A stretch of 63,514 bases of DNA, filler included, from Octopus bimaculoides (taxonomy: Eukaryota), in the NCBI RefSeq assembly GCF_001194135.2. It is 6 parts of 6 records of this genome, joined end to end, with 100 filler letters (N's around TTAATTAATTAA, not from the genome) between each part and the next. Parts side by side here need not be neighbours in the genome. Positions count along the whole stretch, not along the records: positions 26,822 to 51,174 come from NC_068998.1; 5 more parts are not named here. The stretch is one strand, 5' to 3'. The notes beneath the pieces were generated by a model. That model ran no database searches. It saw nothing but the letters and a program-made list of their open reading frames with translations, and was not told the DNA's origin. This document shows positions 26,855 through 37,333 of this stretch, piece after piece. Each line of letters starts with the position of its first letter. The stretch's first letter is position 1. Made by a program: the position numbers and the translations under genes.

Positions 26855-27439
26855 TATGAGAACCAAAAAATGGAATTCACAAGACTTTATTATTTATTAC
26901 AATCGTTTTGTCTTATTGTGCACTGGTGCTTTGTGAGTATGATGTGGTGCATCATAGGTCTGGATGTATCTTGTCAGGTGACTTGTCAGAAGGTACCACA
27001 TTTTTTAATCTCTGTTTGACTTATTTCAATTAGAATACGTTTTGGTAGTTGTTGTTTGCTACTCGTAAACATTAGAAACTTCAGTTATAATGAAGAACAC
27101 CTCTAGTACAAGTAATAAAGCAACTTACAATGAATAAAAGAATAAAATAAGTACGAAAAAAAAAAGTGAATCAAATAATATACTTTACACTGATAATGAA
27201 ACACAGTAAATAAAACCATTAAACAATCATGGATAGAATGAAAATCAAAACAGAGTCAGACATTCAAACTGATCATAGATGACTTTTGCATTTTCATGAA
27301 GCAAAAGTTCATACATCTGCTCAAGCATAGACACATAAAAACATTCACTTATTTGCATTTTCAGTTATATAGACACATCTATCGACTGGCCAATGTTTGT
27401 GTCTATCTCCCACCCTCCAGGCATTAAAGGTGTATTGTT

Positions 27440-27815
27440 TGCCATTTTTATCTCAGAGTTAATTTAGCAAAAACCAAAGTCATAGTTAGTAGGAAAGCTG
27501 ACAAGTCACAAATCCCTTCTGGTAGATGGCTCTGCTCGATATGTAGAAAAGGCAAAGGCACAGGTAGAGACTCCCTGTGCAAGTTATGGGCACATAAGAG
27601 GGGCAACAATATCAGAGGAAGGTTAACAAGGAAAATAGTCTTTGTGTGTGGCAGATGCACAGATACCGTAAACACTAGAAATATACAGAAAATAGCTTTT
27701 GCTATCTAGGTGACCAAGTCAGCAGTGGAGGGGGATACTCTGAGAGCATAGCTGCTGGAATAAGAATAGGTTGGGCAAAGTTCAAAGAACTTCTACCATT
27801 TTTGGCCTCAAGGAA
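27440..27815 (+). mobile_element. RTE-type LINE fragment with Zn-finger insertion in RT
   Basis: RVNLAKTKVIVSRK...GRWLCSICRKG...LWAHKR...FVCGRC...FCYLGDQVSSGGG...IRIGWAKFKELLP across frameshifts. Confidence 0.8.
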
Positions 27816-28239
27816 TAATCGAACCAATGAGTACAGCGACTAGGAAAAGAAAACGAATAGAACTTTTGCAAGTAGACTGAAAACAAAAAAAATATTTCGG
27901 TTTCTTCCCGGGGATTTGTAAAAAAAAAAAAAGGTGGGGAGAGGTGGTAGTAATAATAATAATAAATAAAAGAAAAATATTGACTTCAAACTCAAAAAGA
28001 GGAAGATGTAGTGAAATCCTAACGCCCCTGTAGGATAGCAAGTCAACTGTCCTAAACCGTATAAAGGTGCATGCAAATTGTAAGCGAGGGCCAGTGTGGT
28101 GTGTGAAGACAGTCATAGAGTCGTTGAGAAAAGATATTGTATGTTATGTGCTGTTTCTGATTTATATTTGTATTGTTGTAACCTTGTTATAAGTCCATGT
28201 TACAAAGTGGCAAATACAGTGAGTTCAGAGAAGGACATA

Positions 28240-29180
28240 AAAGTGTCGATGAGACACAACAGAGACATTAATAGAAAGTGGAGTACCTCAGGGAACTGTA
28301 TTGGGGCCACTGCTGTTCATGGTGGCTCTTTCAGACATGCCATCAGTTACACAGACAACCACACTTACTAGCTATGCCGACGACACAAAAGTAGTAGAAG
28401 CAATCAAGGAACCTTCTGATGCTAATATTCTATAGAGCGACTGAGATGCCATATATAAATGGGCTGAGGACAACATGCAATTTGATGCAGGCAAATTCAA
28501 AGCCCTCTGCTACCAGTTAATTGGTGCTCAGAAGTCACAACAATGATACTTTGGACCAAAAGGAGTGGAAATCTAAGAATCACATATGGTACGTGATCTT
28601 GGGATTGATATGAGCAACGATGCCTCATTTCACATGCATGTCACCAAGATAGTGGCAGTGTGCAGGTGAATGGCCAGATGGATTCTGAGAATCTTCAGAA
28701 TGAGGAACCAGGAAACTATATTGGTCCTATGGAGGACATTTGTCCTCAGCCATCTGGACTACTGCTCTCAACTGTGGTCACCTTACACTGTAGGATTAAC
28801 AGCAGAACTTGAGGCGGTTCAGCGACACAACATGAGGAAGATTGCATCAATGACACAGCTAAGCTACTGGAGTGAATATGGGAGAGGTATGCAATGATAA
28901 ATGTGTGTGGAAGATACTGGAGGGGCTGGCACCAAACTTTGGAATTGAGAGCTATACCAGACCTTGAATTGGACGTCACTGCATTATTCCAAAAGTCCCA
29001 GTTGTCTCAGTTAAGGTGAAGACCATGTACTGCAATAGCTTGGGATTCAAGGGCCCACAGCTATTTAACTCCTTGCCAAAACATCTTAGGGTTCTCTATG
29101 GAGTTGGGGTAGATGTTTGCAAGAAACAACTTGACCTCTTGCTATCCAAGATTTCAGATGAACCAACTTCCTTGGTCCTC
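28240..29180 (+). mobile_element. CR1/L2(jockey)-group LINE RT 3' fragment (in LPMO intron 2)
   Basis: SGVPQGTVLGPLLFMVALSDMP...SYADDTKV, RDLGIDMSND, FVLSHLDYCSQLWSPY...LEAVQR and KGPQLFNSLPK. Confidence 0.88.
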
Positions 29181-29384
29181 TTCCCAGTGCACTCTGCAGG
29201 TTAATAGAACATCACTGAGACAAGCGCAGAAGTTTAAGCATCTTTGTGCTGAATCCACGAGTGATGTAAAGCAAACGGCTGAATCAGAAGCTAGAAATTA
29301 CAGCTGCTGGCACAGTGATGTGCTAGCTCTAGCATTCACTTCTCAGAAGAGGTTAGCAAAAAAGCTAAACATGCTGTCTTGAAT

Positions 29385-29550
29385 TCATTTTACATGCCTA
29401 TCCTCACCTACAATCATGAATGCTGGGTAATGACCAAAAGAGTACAATCACGAATACAAGTGGCCGAAATGGGGATTCCTCCAAAGGATCTCTGCAGTAA
29501 TGTTACTCAACAGGGTGTGTAACTTGGAGATCTTGGAGTTTCTCCAGATT
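29385..29550 (+). mobile_element. Short RTE-type LINE fragment next to the LPMO exon-2 donor
   Basis: PILTYNHECWVMTKRVQSRIQVAEM resembles the RTE post-RT motif PxLTYGxExW...xQAAEM. Confidence 0.6.
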
Positions 29551-29631
29551 AAGCTGCTACCTTCCTGGTGAAATGATAACCGACAATGATCAAACACATA
29601 CATTCAAATATGGGAACATAAACACACATAC

Positions 29632-30010
29632 CTGTTCGATATTTCCATTGGAAAACACATTGTTCACAAACAAGTCCAAAAGGAAGTTTTATTGTAAAAT
29701 TAAAGAAGACATTGTTTTTCCCTTTTGTTACACGAAATCGGGAATTGAGTCCATCAGAGCTGTACAATAGGTGTTGATCCAAACAAGCCTGGGTTACTTC
29801 AGTTTCAGGGTTGTTAGTGGGACAAATTCGAAATTCAAACCAGCCTAAATGGTTTGCTGTCAGATGAACTGCTACTTTAATGTTATCTCCCTCTGTATAA
29901 CTCCGGGAAATTATTCCATTTGCATATTTGCCACCTGTTTCATGATGTCGCACACCGTGCCAAGGATCTCCACAAACACCACATTTTCCTTTATTATGCA
30001 TCCACTGCAC
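29632..30010 (-). CDS. AA15-family LPMO, coding exon 2
   Basis: Acceptor ttgtattttag| (AG at 30012-30011), phase 0, matching exon 1. 379 nt (126 codons + 1 nt): VQWMHNKGKCGVCGDPW...VHLTANHLGWFEFRICP...LPFGLVCEQCVFQWKYRT(G). Second copper His codon is 29851-29849 (His89 of the predicted mature chain, Ala87 two residues before). Donor ACAG|GTATGT at 29631, phase 1. Confidence 0.95.
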
Positions 30011-30094
30011 CTAAAATACAATTTCATAGCTTTAAACAAGATATTTATTGATTTATCAAACTGGGAAAATATTATTATATAATGCTACATACAA

Positions 30095-30208
30095 TCAAGG
30101 ATTTCTACAAATTCTACAGTTGCCTTCACTACACACCCATTGCATCAAAACCACAATTTGTATAGCTTCAAACAAGATATTTATTGAATTACTAATCTGG
30201 AAAATATT
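30095..30208 (-). pseudogene. Decayed tandem duplicate of the LPMO intron-1 3' end and exon-2 start (pseudo-exon)
   Basis: 30096-30208 aligns by eye to 29961-30073 (period ~135 nt). It translates MQWVCSEGNCRICRNP* versus VQWMHNKGKCGVCGDPW; the acceptor is tttg| instead of ttag|, and W has become TGA. Confidence 0.85.
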
Positions 30209-30609
30209 TTGAAATATGGTTGTGGCAGTGACTCCAAGTTTCTTGTCCTCATCCCAAGCAACAGCACAACACGTCTCTCCTTTCCTCACTCACAAAAGGT
30301 AAGATATGAAATCTTAGATTTAGCAGTTCTCATTATCAATTGAACTTATCCAATTCTATCCAACTCTTCTGAGTTTATATAGTTATACATGTGAATAACT
30401 TCTATATTAGCTTTGCTTCTTGTTTACATCATTGTAGTATATTTCTCTTGAGCTGAATCTTTAAGGTTTGTAGGTTTTGTTATCGCTTAACAGAAGAGGA
30501 AAGGGTTGTTACAATAAGAAACAATCCATTACACTATCAGGTTATCCTCAAATCCTCGTTGATCTAATTTTTTCAATGTCTGACAGGTACAGCAATAACA
30601 GCACAGAAC

Positions 30610-31655
30610 ACTGAAAGTATGCTCCGATGGTCGTGTAATGTGAGTGTGCATACTCGACAGAGTGTAAGTACCTTGAGAGAAAAGATGGACCTAAGATGCA
30701 TCAGTTGTGGTGTGCAAAAGAGATGACTGCACTGGTATGGTCATGTGGCGAGAATGGATGAGGATAGCTGTATGAAAAAGTGCCACATCCTAGCGGCTGA
30801 GGGGAACCTGTGGAAGACGTAGACCCAGGAAGACCTGAGATGAGGTGGTGAAGCACGACCTTCGAACGTTAGGCCTCACTGAGGCAATGACTAGTGACCG
30901 AGACCTTGGGAAATATGCTGTGCATGAGAAGACCCGGCAAGACAAGTGAGTCCATAATCCGTGGCCTTTGTTAGGGGTGTAGCCAGCCCACTTATGCATA
31001 CCTTTCCTTCCTTCACTGAACACTAAACTCTGCTTGCAAAGTCCTGTTGAGGCAAGTGAAATCGAAATCGAACCAAATTCGACGGATGGTAGCCATGCTA
31101 ACCTTTCCTTTATTGGACACTAAACTCTGCTTGCAAAAACCTGTTGGGGCAAGTGAAATCGAAATTGTAATTGAACCAAATTCAATGACTAGCACCTGTG
31201 CCAGTGGAGCGCTAACAGCACCATCCGAGCATGATCATTGCCAGAGCAGCTGTCTGGCTTCCATGCCGGTGGCACATAAATAGCACCATTTGAGCGTGAT
31301 CATTACCAGCGTCACCTTACTGGCACTTGTGCTGGTGGCATGTGAAAAAACATTCGAGCGAGGTTGTTGCCAGTGCCGTTGGACAGGCTCCTGTGCAGGT
31401 GGCACGTAAAAAGCACCATCTGAGTGTGACCGTTGCCAGTACTGCCTGACTGGCCTTCGTGCCGGTGGCACATAAAAGCATCCACTACACTCTTGGAGTG
31501 GTTGGTGTTAGGAAGGGCATCCAGCTGTAGAAACTCTGCCAGATCAGATTGGAGCCTGGTACAGCCATCCAGTTCACCAGTCCTCAGTCAAATCATCCAA
31601 CCCATGCCAGCATGGAAAGCAGACGTTAAACGATGATGATGATGATGATGATGAC
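30610..31655 (+). mobile_element. 5'-truncated RTE-type LINE 3' end with long 3' UTR and (GAT)n tail (LPMO intron 1)
   Basis: SMLRWSCNVSVHTRQSVSTLREK...LHWYGHVARMDEDSCMKK...GRRRPRKT*DEVVKHDL. The 3' UTR has a ~97-bp internal duplication (31020-31185) and ends aaacgatgatgatgatgatgatgatga. Confidence 0.85.
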
Positions 31656-32191
31656 ACACACACACAAAATTAATATAAACAGCAGTTTGCAATGTTTCAC
31701 CAGAAAGGCGAATTATAATTGTCACTAGATGTGACTAGGGTGTTAGGAAACACCAACATTGCTAGAAATAAGAGCTAAACCACTCTAATGCTGTAGTTAA
31801 AACACGAATGAAAACATACACTAACAGGGACCATAATTGTCTGAAAAGTGCCAATCAAGAATTCCTAATACTGACATCAATTTCAGCAATTTCTGTTGCC
31901 TCATCAGGATATGTCTAAGGAATTCTAGATATATATATTATCCGAAATGTATAGTATTAAATATCCCTCATGGCTGGTCTTACCAATTAGTTTTGCATGG
32001 CCAGAATGAGTGTGACATAAAATATGATAAATTTGTATTCAGTTTCTCTCTCCCAAATATCACTCACACAGTAGGAGTCAACTCAAAGCTATAGAAAATA
32101 ACATTTGCCCGAGATGTCCCAAACCTGGTACCACCTTGTGATTGGAAATAAATGAACTTCATAAGCATCCAGCCATATTGCACCTACTATA

Positions 32192-32222
<31 letters not shown>

Positions 32223-33724
32223 TCCAGTGTAAAATTATGAAATTAATGAAAGTCTGAATGAATGTACAATGGGCTTTTATATGTGCTTTATTAAGACAAT
32301 TCTATTCACAAGGTGTCAGTCAACTCAAGGCTACAATAGATGACACTTGATGAAAGTATTGTGACTGTGTCTGAATAGATAAAAAAAAATGTCAGGATGT
32401 TCATAGCTTGAATGTCCTTAAATCATGGGTCTTCTTGGTGAAAACTGGTCCACATGCTAAAACCAATAACAGCAGCAGCAGCAACAACAACAACAACCTT
32501 CATTTGAGGTTTTTATAGGTCCTTTTTCTTCGTTAACCTCATAATCTCTAGCCATTTAATTTTCTTAATGAATTTTCAACATAGAAGTTGTCATCAACAA
32601 TATAACAACAGTCCACAGATAGTCACTGGCTGAAAAATTCCACTTAACATCATTAAAGTTTATAGAGTGTGTCAAACCTATTTTTCACACCTGAATGAAG
32701 CAAAGAGCTAATACCTGGTTGAACTTGTTTTACTCTGCATTGTAAATAAATTCTATTTCAAACAGGCGAGTCATTGTGAATATAACTGTAATGTGATTTT
32801 CTTGTCACTACTCTAGCAAGTAGGATCACGTTAAAGTCTAACTAAAGAGATTAAAGTGATATAACGACCAAAACATATATAGAGCTGTCTTCTGTAGTGT
32901 TTAAAATGAGTACAATAATAGACATTTTTCATTTTCACAAAATGAAACTGGAAATATCAACATTATTCTTTAGATTCCAATGTTTTCCATAATGGAGAAT
33001 ATAATTCTGCAAAAGATAAAGAAAAGTTGCGAAGTTTTTAATCCCACCCTGCTTTCTCAAAAAAGATAAATAAAGTTTCGTTTTTAACATTTTCTGAAAA
33101 TATTTTTGGTTTGAGATGGATTGGGAGATTCTACATTTAATAATTCTGAGATTAAACTGTGAAATAAAAAAGATTGTTTTCGAAATTTCCATGTTAAATG
33201 CTTAATTTTTCCACTTTCAATTTGTGATCATAAACCAAAAGAATGCTTTTGGTGATATTGGTCTACTTGATCAAGATTGTCCTGAGACTATGAACTACAA
33301 GAGTTTATAGAGCCTATAAAAGAATCTCTACATGGTCACTTAACTTGCTAGAAACAACTACAAAATCACACTCAACTCACATCTTGCTGTTTTTTTTTCT
33401 TTTCTTTTTGATAACAAAACAGGATGATCATGACAGAAATACGTTGAGTGATTGGTTTGGGTCTTCAGAGTAAACATGGAGTTCAATAGTCTTTACAGCA
33501 ATAGATTTTCTACTGTTTTAGTATCAGGATCAAACTAAACAAAGTGGGCCTCTGTATGACCTGTATGTGCACACTTCACCTGCTAGAAATAGCAGCAAAA
33601 TATCCCTCTACTGACACCCTAGTTAAATAAGAAAAGGACACATGAAAATAGTGACTCTCAAACGTTTTTGACTTTATGTTACTCTAGGGATCAGAATAAT
33701 TAGTGTACATTGCATAAAAAAAAT

Positions 33725-33920
33725 AAAGGTGCAAGTATGGCTGAGTGATTAAGAAGTTTGCTTTGTAACCATGTGGTTTTGGGTTCAGTCCCACTGTGCA
33801 GTACTTTTGGTAAGTGTCCTCAACTATAACTCCTGGCTAACCAGTACTTTGTGAGCAAAATTGTTAGAAGCTCTGCGGAAGCCTGTTTTGTGTGTATATG
33901 TGTGTGTGTGTGTGTATATT
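33725..33920 (+). mobile_element. SINE family A 5' part
   Basis: ggctgagtgattaagaagtttgct...gggttcagtcccactgtgcagtacttttggtaagtgtc, then core and (TG)n. Confidence 0.7.
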
Positions 33921-33944
33921 ATCAAATGTCCAGAAGTTCCCTAC

Positions 33945-34540
33945 AGGTTGTAGTTGGTTTCTGTTACCTAGATCACCTGATTAATAATGGAAGAGGATGT
34001 TCTGAATGTATAGTAGCTAGGATAAGAATAGGATGCTAAAAATTCACAGCTAGGGTTAGGGTTAGTTCACAACAAAAATTTACTGTCTCTCTTACTCTCT
34101 CTGAGAGTGCACTAAGGCAGATTATATGATGCTTGTGTTCAAACAGCTCTGATACATAATAATGAGACATGGATCCTGAATACAGAAAACATGCAAAGAC
34201 TAGAGAGGAATGAAGCAGCTAGTATGTTCCACTGGATGTGTTATGTCAGTGTGCATGTACAACAAAGTACAAATGTGTTAAGAGAAAAAAACTGGAATAA
34301 GAAGAATCAGATGTTGTACGAAATCGAGAAGACTGCAATGGTAACTTGATGCATAAAGATGAGGACAGTTGCATAAAGTGCCAATCACTTAAAGTGAATG
34401 GAACTAGTGGAAGAAGGAGACCAGGATGATGTGGAATGAAGTGGTGAGAGCTGATCCTAACATATTGAGCCGCACAGAAGACAAGCGACTGGGATGCCTG
34501 GCAATATAAGGTTTTCAAGAAGACTCATCCACTTTAGTAA
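33945..34540 (+). mobile_element. RTE-type LINE fragment, same family as 27440 and 30610 (LPMO intron 1)
   Basis: LQVVVGFCYLDHLINNGRGCSECIVARIRIG, LYDACVQTALIHNNETW and MFHWMCYVSVHVQQSTNVLREK. Confidence 0.75.
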
Positions 34541-34719
34541 AACTGAGTTCTGGAAATACTTTGATTATTGTACTCTCCACAAACAAGTTACATTAATTCA
34601 CCCCACCCCCACCCCCTCTCACTGAGCCAAACTACCTCTGGATAATGTAGTCTTATATATACAAAAAGACAGGATGATTAAAGCTGTAATATCTTGAATA
34701 ATTTCATTCTAATTTTGGC

Positions 34720-34970
34720 ATAGGGCCAGTAATTTCGTTTCCATAATTAGCACAAAAAACTACATCAATACACCAAATTTGAAATCAATTGGAACAAAGA
34801 ATTGAAAAGTGTGAGTCAAACAAAAAAAATCCATTGATATCATAACAGTTGACTGGCACTTTATTTTATTGGCCCCGGAACGATGAAAGTTAAAATTAAC
34901 CCCGGCGAGATTTGAGCTAAAAACGTAAGGAATTAGAATACATTCTGTCCGACGTTCTAATGATTCTACC
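34720..34970 (-). mobile_element. SINE family B ~100 nt into LPMO intron 1
   Basis: gttgactggcactttattttattggccccggaacgatgaaag...gatttgagct matches family B. Confidence 0.65.
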
Positions 34971-35064
34971 AAGAAGAGAAAATGATGCAAGAAAGCTGTT
35001 AATAAAGAAAAAACAAGTATTTTTAAAGATTCTTAATTCATATGAATATAAATATTTAACTTAC

Positions 35065-35241
35065 CATTTTCCCACCACAATATAATTCGTTGTCATTATA
35101 ATTAACAGGGTTTGGAAAACCGAACCGCCACATACTGTTTCTTGCTGGTGGGTCCATCAATCTTCCATGGGGCAAAACTTGATGAATAGATGTTGTGACA
35201 ATCAAAACCACGAAAATTGAAGATATACTTTCTGGGTTCAT
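35065..35241 (-). CDS. AA15-family lytic polysaccharide monooxygenase (LPMO_10 / chitin-binding type-4), coding exon 1
   Basis: Translates MNPESISSIFVVLIVTTSIHQVLP-HGRLMDPPARNSMWRFGFPNPVNYNDNELYCGGKM: a hydrophobic leader, then the AA15 N-terminal H-G-x-L-x-x-P-x-x-R-x-S-x-W-R and NELxCGG motifs. His1 codon is 35169-35167. Ends at a canonical donor ATG|GTAAGT (GT at 35064-35063), phase 0. Confidence 0.93.
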
Positions 35242-35291
35242 TTTTTTCTTCTTTCTTTAAATAAATCTTTTCACTTCTCTGTGTTTTTATG

Positions 35292-35321
35292 GACTGACAA
35301 GATGTAATTCTTTTTTAAATA
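35292..35321 (-). promoter_or_regulatory. Candidate core promoter of the LPMO gene (TATA-like + Inr)
   Basis: Minus strand reads TATTTAAA (35321-35314), then TCAGTC (35297-35292), an invertebrate Inr-like motif. The putative +1 A at 35295 is 54 nt upstream of the ATG. Spacing of -26 is slightly short. Confidence 0.4.
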
Positions 35322-37091
35322 TGTTATGCTCGGATAATGTCAGATTATGTTGTTTCTTTCATAAAGAGGAAAAGAATAAACAAACACCAGTATGAAAAGA
35401 TATCCAGGTTTGCTGTCAGTAAAATATCAAATTTGCCACTGATACACTGGCCATAAAAGCCGTAGACATTTGATAAATGATTTCAAATATTCTTTTTCAG
35501 ATTCTGCTTTTTCCTTTATTCCTGTCTCATTTTCAAACTTTGAAAATTCACCGATTAATCAAATGATGTAAGGCTTGCAATTATTCAGTCTGTTTTCTGT
35601 TTCAGTCCTAAATAACACTGATTTGAGTGAGGGGATGGAAAAAATTGAATAGTTAAAATAAAAAGATATATATATATATATATACATNNNNNNNNNNNNN
35701 NNNNNNNNNNNNNNNNNNNNNNNNNNNNNNNNNNNNNNNNNNNNNNNNNNNNNNNNNNNNNNNNNNNNNNNNNNNNNNNNNNNNNNNNNNNNNNNNNNNN
35801 NNNNNNNNNTATATACGTGTGTGTGTGTCTTTTAAATAAAATTACACCAGCAACTTTTTCCTGTGGCTGTTTTTTGTTATTGCAAGGTTAAATTTCACAC
35901 AATACTTCTTCATACTTTCCTTGAAAATTCCTCTTACCAATAATTCGAATGTTTCTTTGGGTAATCATAACAGCACCAAATGTATCTGCAACCAGATTTT
36001 TATACACAGGAAACAACATTCCAATTTTATAATTATTTCTTTATCTTATATACTTGGCGACAGTGATTGTTCCTGTATTAACCTGAGAAAATATTACCTG
36101 GAGCTATGCTATTAGATATTGTTCACCGACAGTTTGAAAAAAAAAATGGTTACTTGAATAACTTTTAACTTGTTTTTATTGTTTTTTTATATTCCCTCTT
36201 TTGTTCTTAATTTCTTTTTTTCAAATTTTCTTTCAGTGTTTCTCTGAAATGTATTTATCAATTCTAGCAATACGCCTTTTTGGTATGAGCTACTGTTAAC
36301 AATTTTTTGTATTTTGTTTCTGTTGTATAGGAAAACAGAAACACAATGACTTCTTTCTAAAACAAACACACAAGTAAGAATGCGCTTGCATTTGCCTGGG
36401 AAACACTTCATATAAAGAAAAGCCGGCTTATTTGTATTTGGTTGGGTTTGGGCTGCTAAGAGCCTACAAAGTAAATATTTCCTTTCCGCCAACTTTGATT
36501 TTCCAACTCTTTCCACAAACCCATTCTCCCTAATGACTCTATCGTCTTTCTTTCACTTTATTATCCTACCCAACTCTCTTGCATTTCTTTAGTTCTCACT
36601 TATCCCAAATTCTCTGTTGTCACTTCCCGCTCGTCGTGTAAATACGACTAGCCGTGACAAACCCTGTCCTTATTTCACTGCTGCCAAGCATGTTGTTGGT
36701 TCAGGAACGAAAGCTATGCACATAGAGACGGCGGACAGGTGAATGAGTGTTTCTAATTCCGAACGGTTGTTTGAGAAGAAGAAGAATACTAAACGATGAA
36801 ATTGGTTGCAAGGTAAGAAAGAAATAAGCGAAATAAGAGGACTATATGCCTAAAGGTTCGTCAGGAAATAAAATTACAGACAGCTAATAAAAAGATATGG
36901 ATGATGAGGAAGTAAGAAATAGTGACTAAAAACAAGGTAGATATATTGAATGACACAAAGAAAGCAAACTTGATAATGTAGAAGCAAGGAGAGAAAGTAC
37001 AAGAAAAAGTGACTAAACGTAATCACAGGAGAGCAAAAGAAAAGGAGAAAAGAGAGGGAAAATGTAGGAAATGAGAGAGAGAGAACGATAT

Positions 37092-37333
37092 GTGTTATGT
37101 ATTCTTTTGTTCTTTGTGGGATAATAAACAACTCACTGAAGGCATTGTTATGTTGCTACGTGTTTACTTTATTTTACATGTTTACAAACAGTGTCTATAG
37201 CGGAGTGATACACGCTGTGCGTATCTGCCTTAAACACAGTTCATACTGCTTAGTAGATGCGCTTAACGAAATAGTGAAGATGTATTCATATATACGTATA
37301 CCTATGCATGCACATAGATATGAACATATAACA
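37092..37333 (+). repeat. Direct repeat copy 1 (242 bp)
   Basis: Near-identical to 46534-46785, from gtgttatgtattcttttgttcttt to catatatacgtatacctatgcatgcacataga.atgaacatataaca. Confidence 0.9.
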
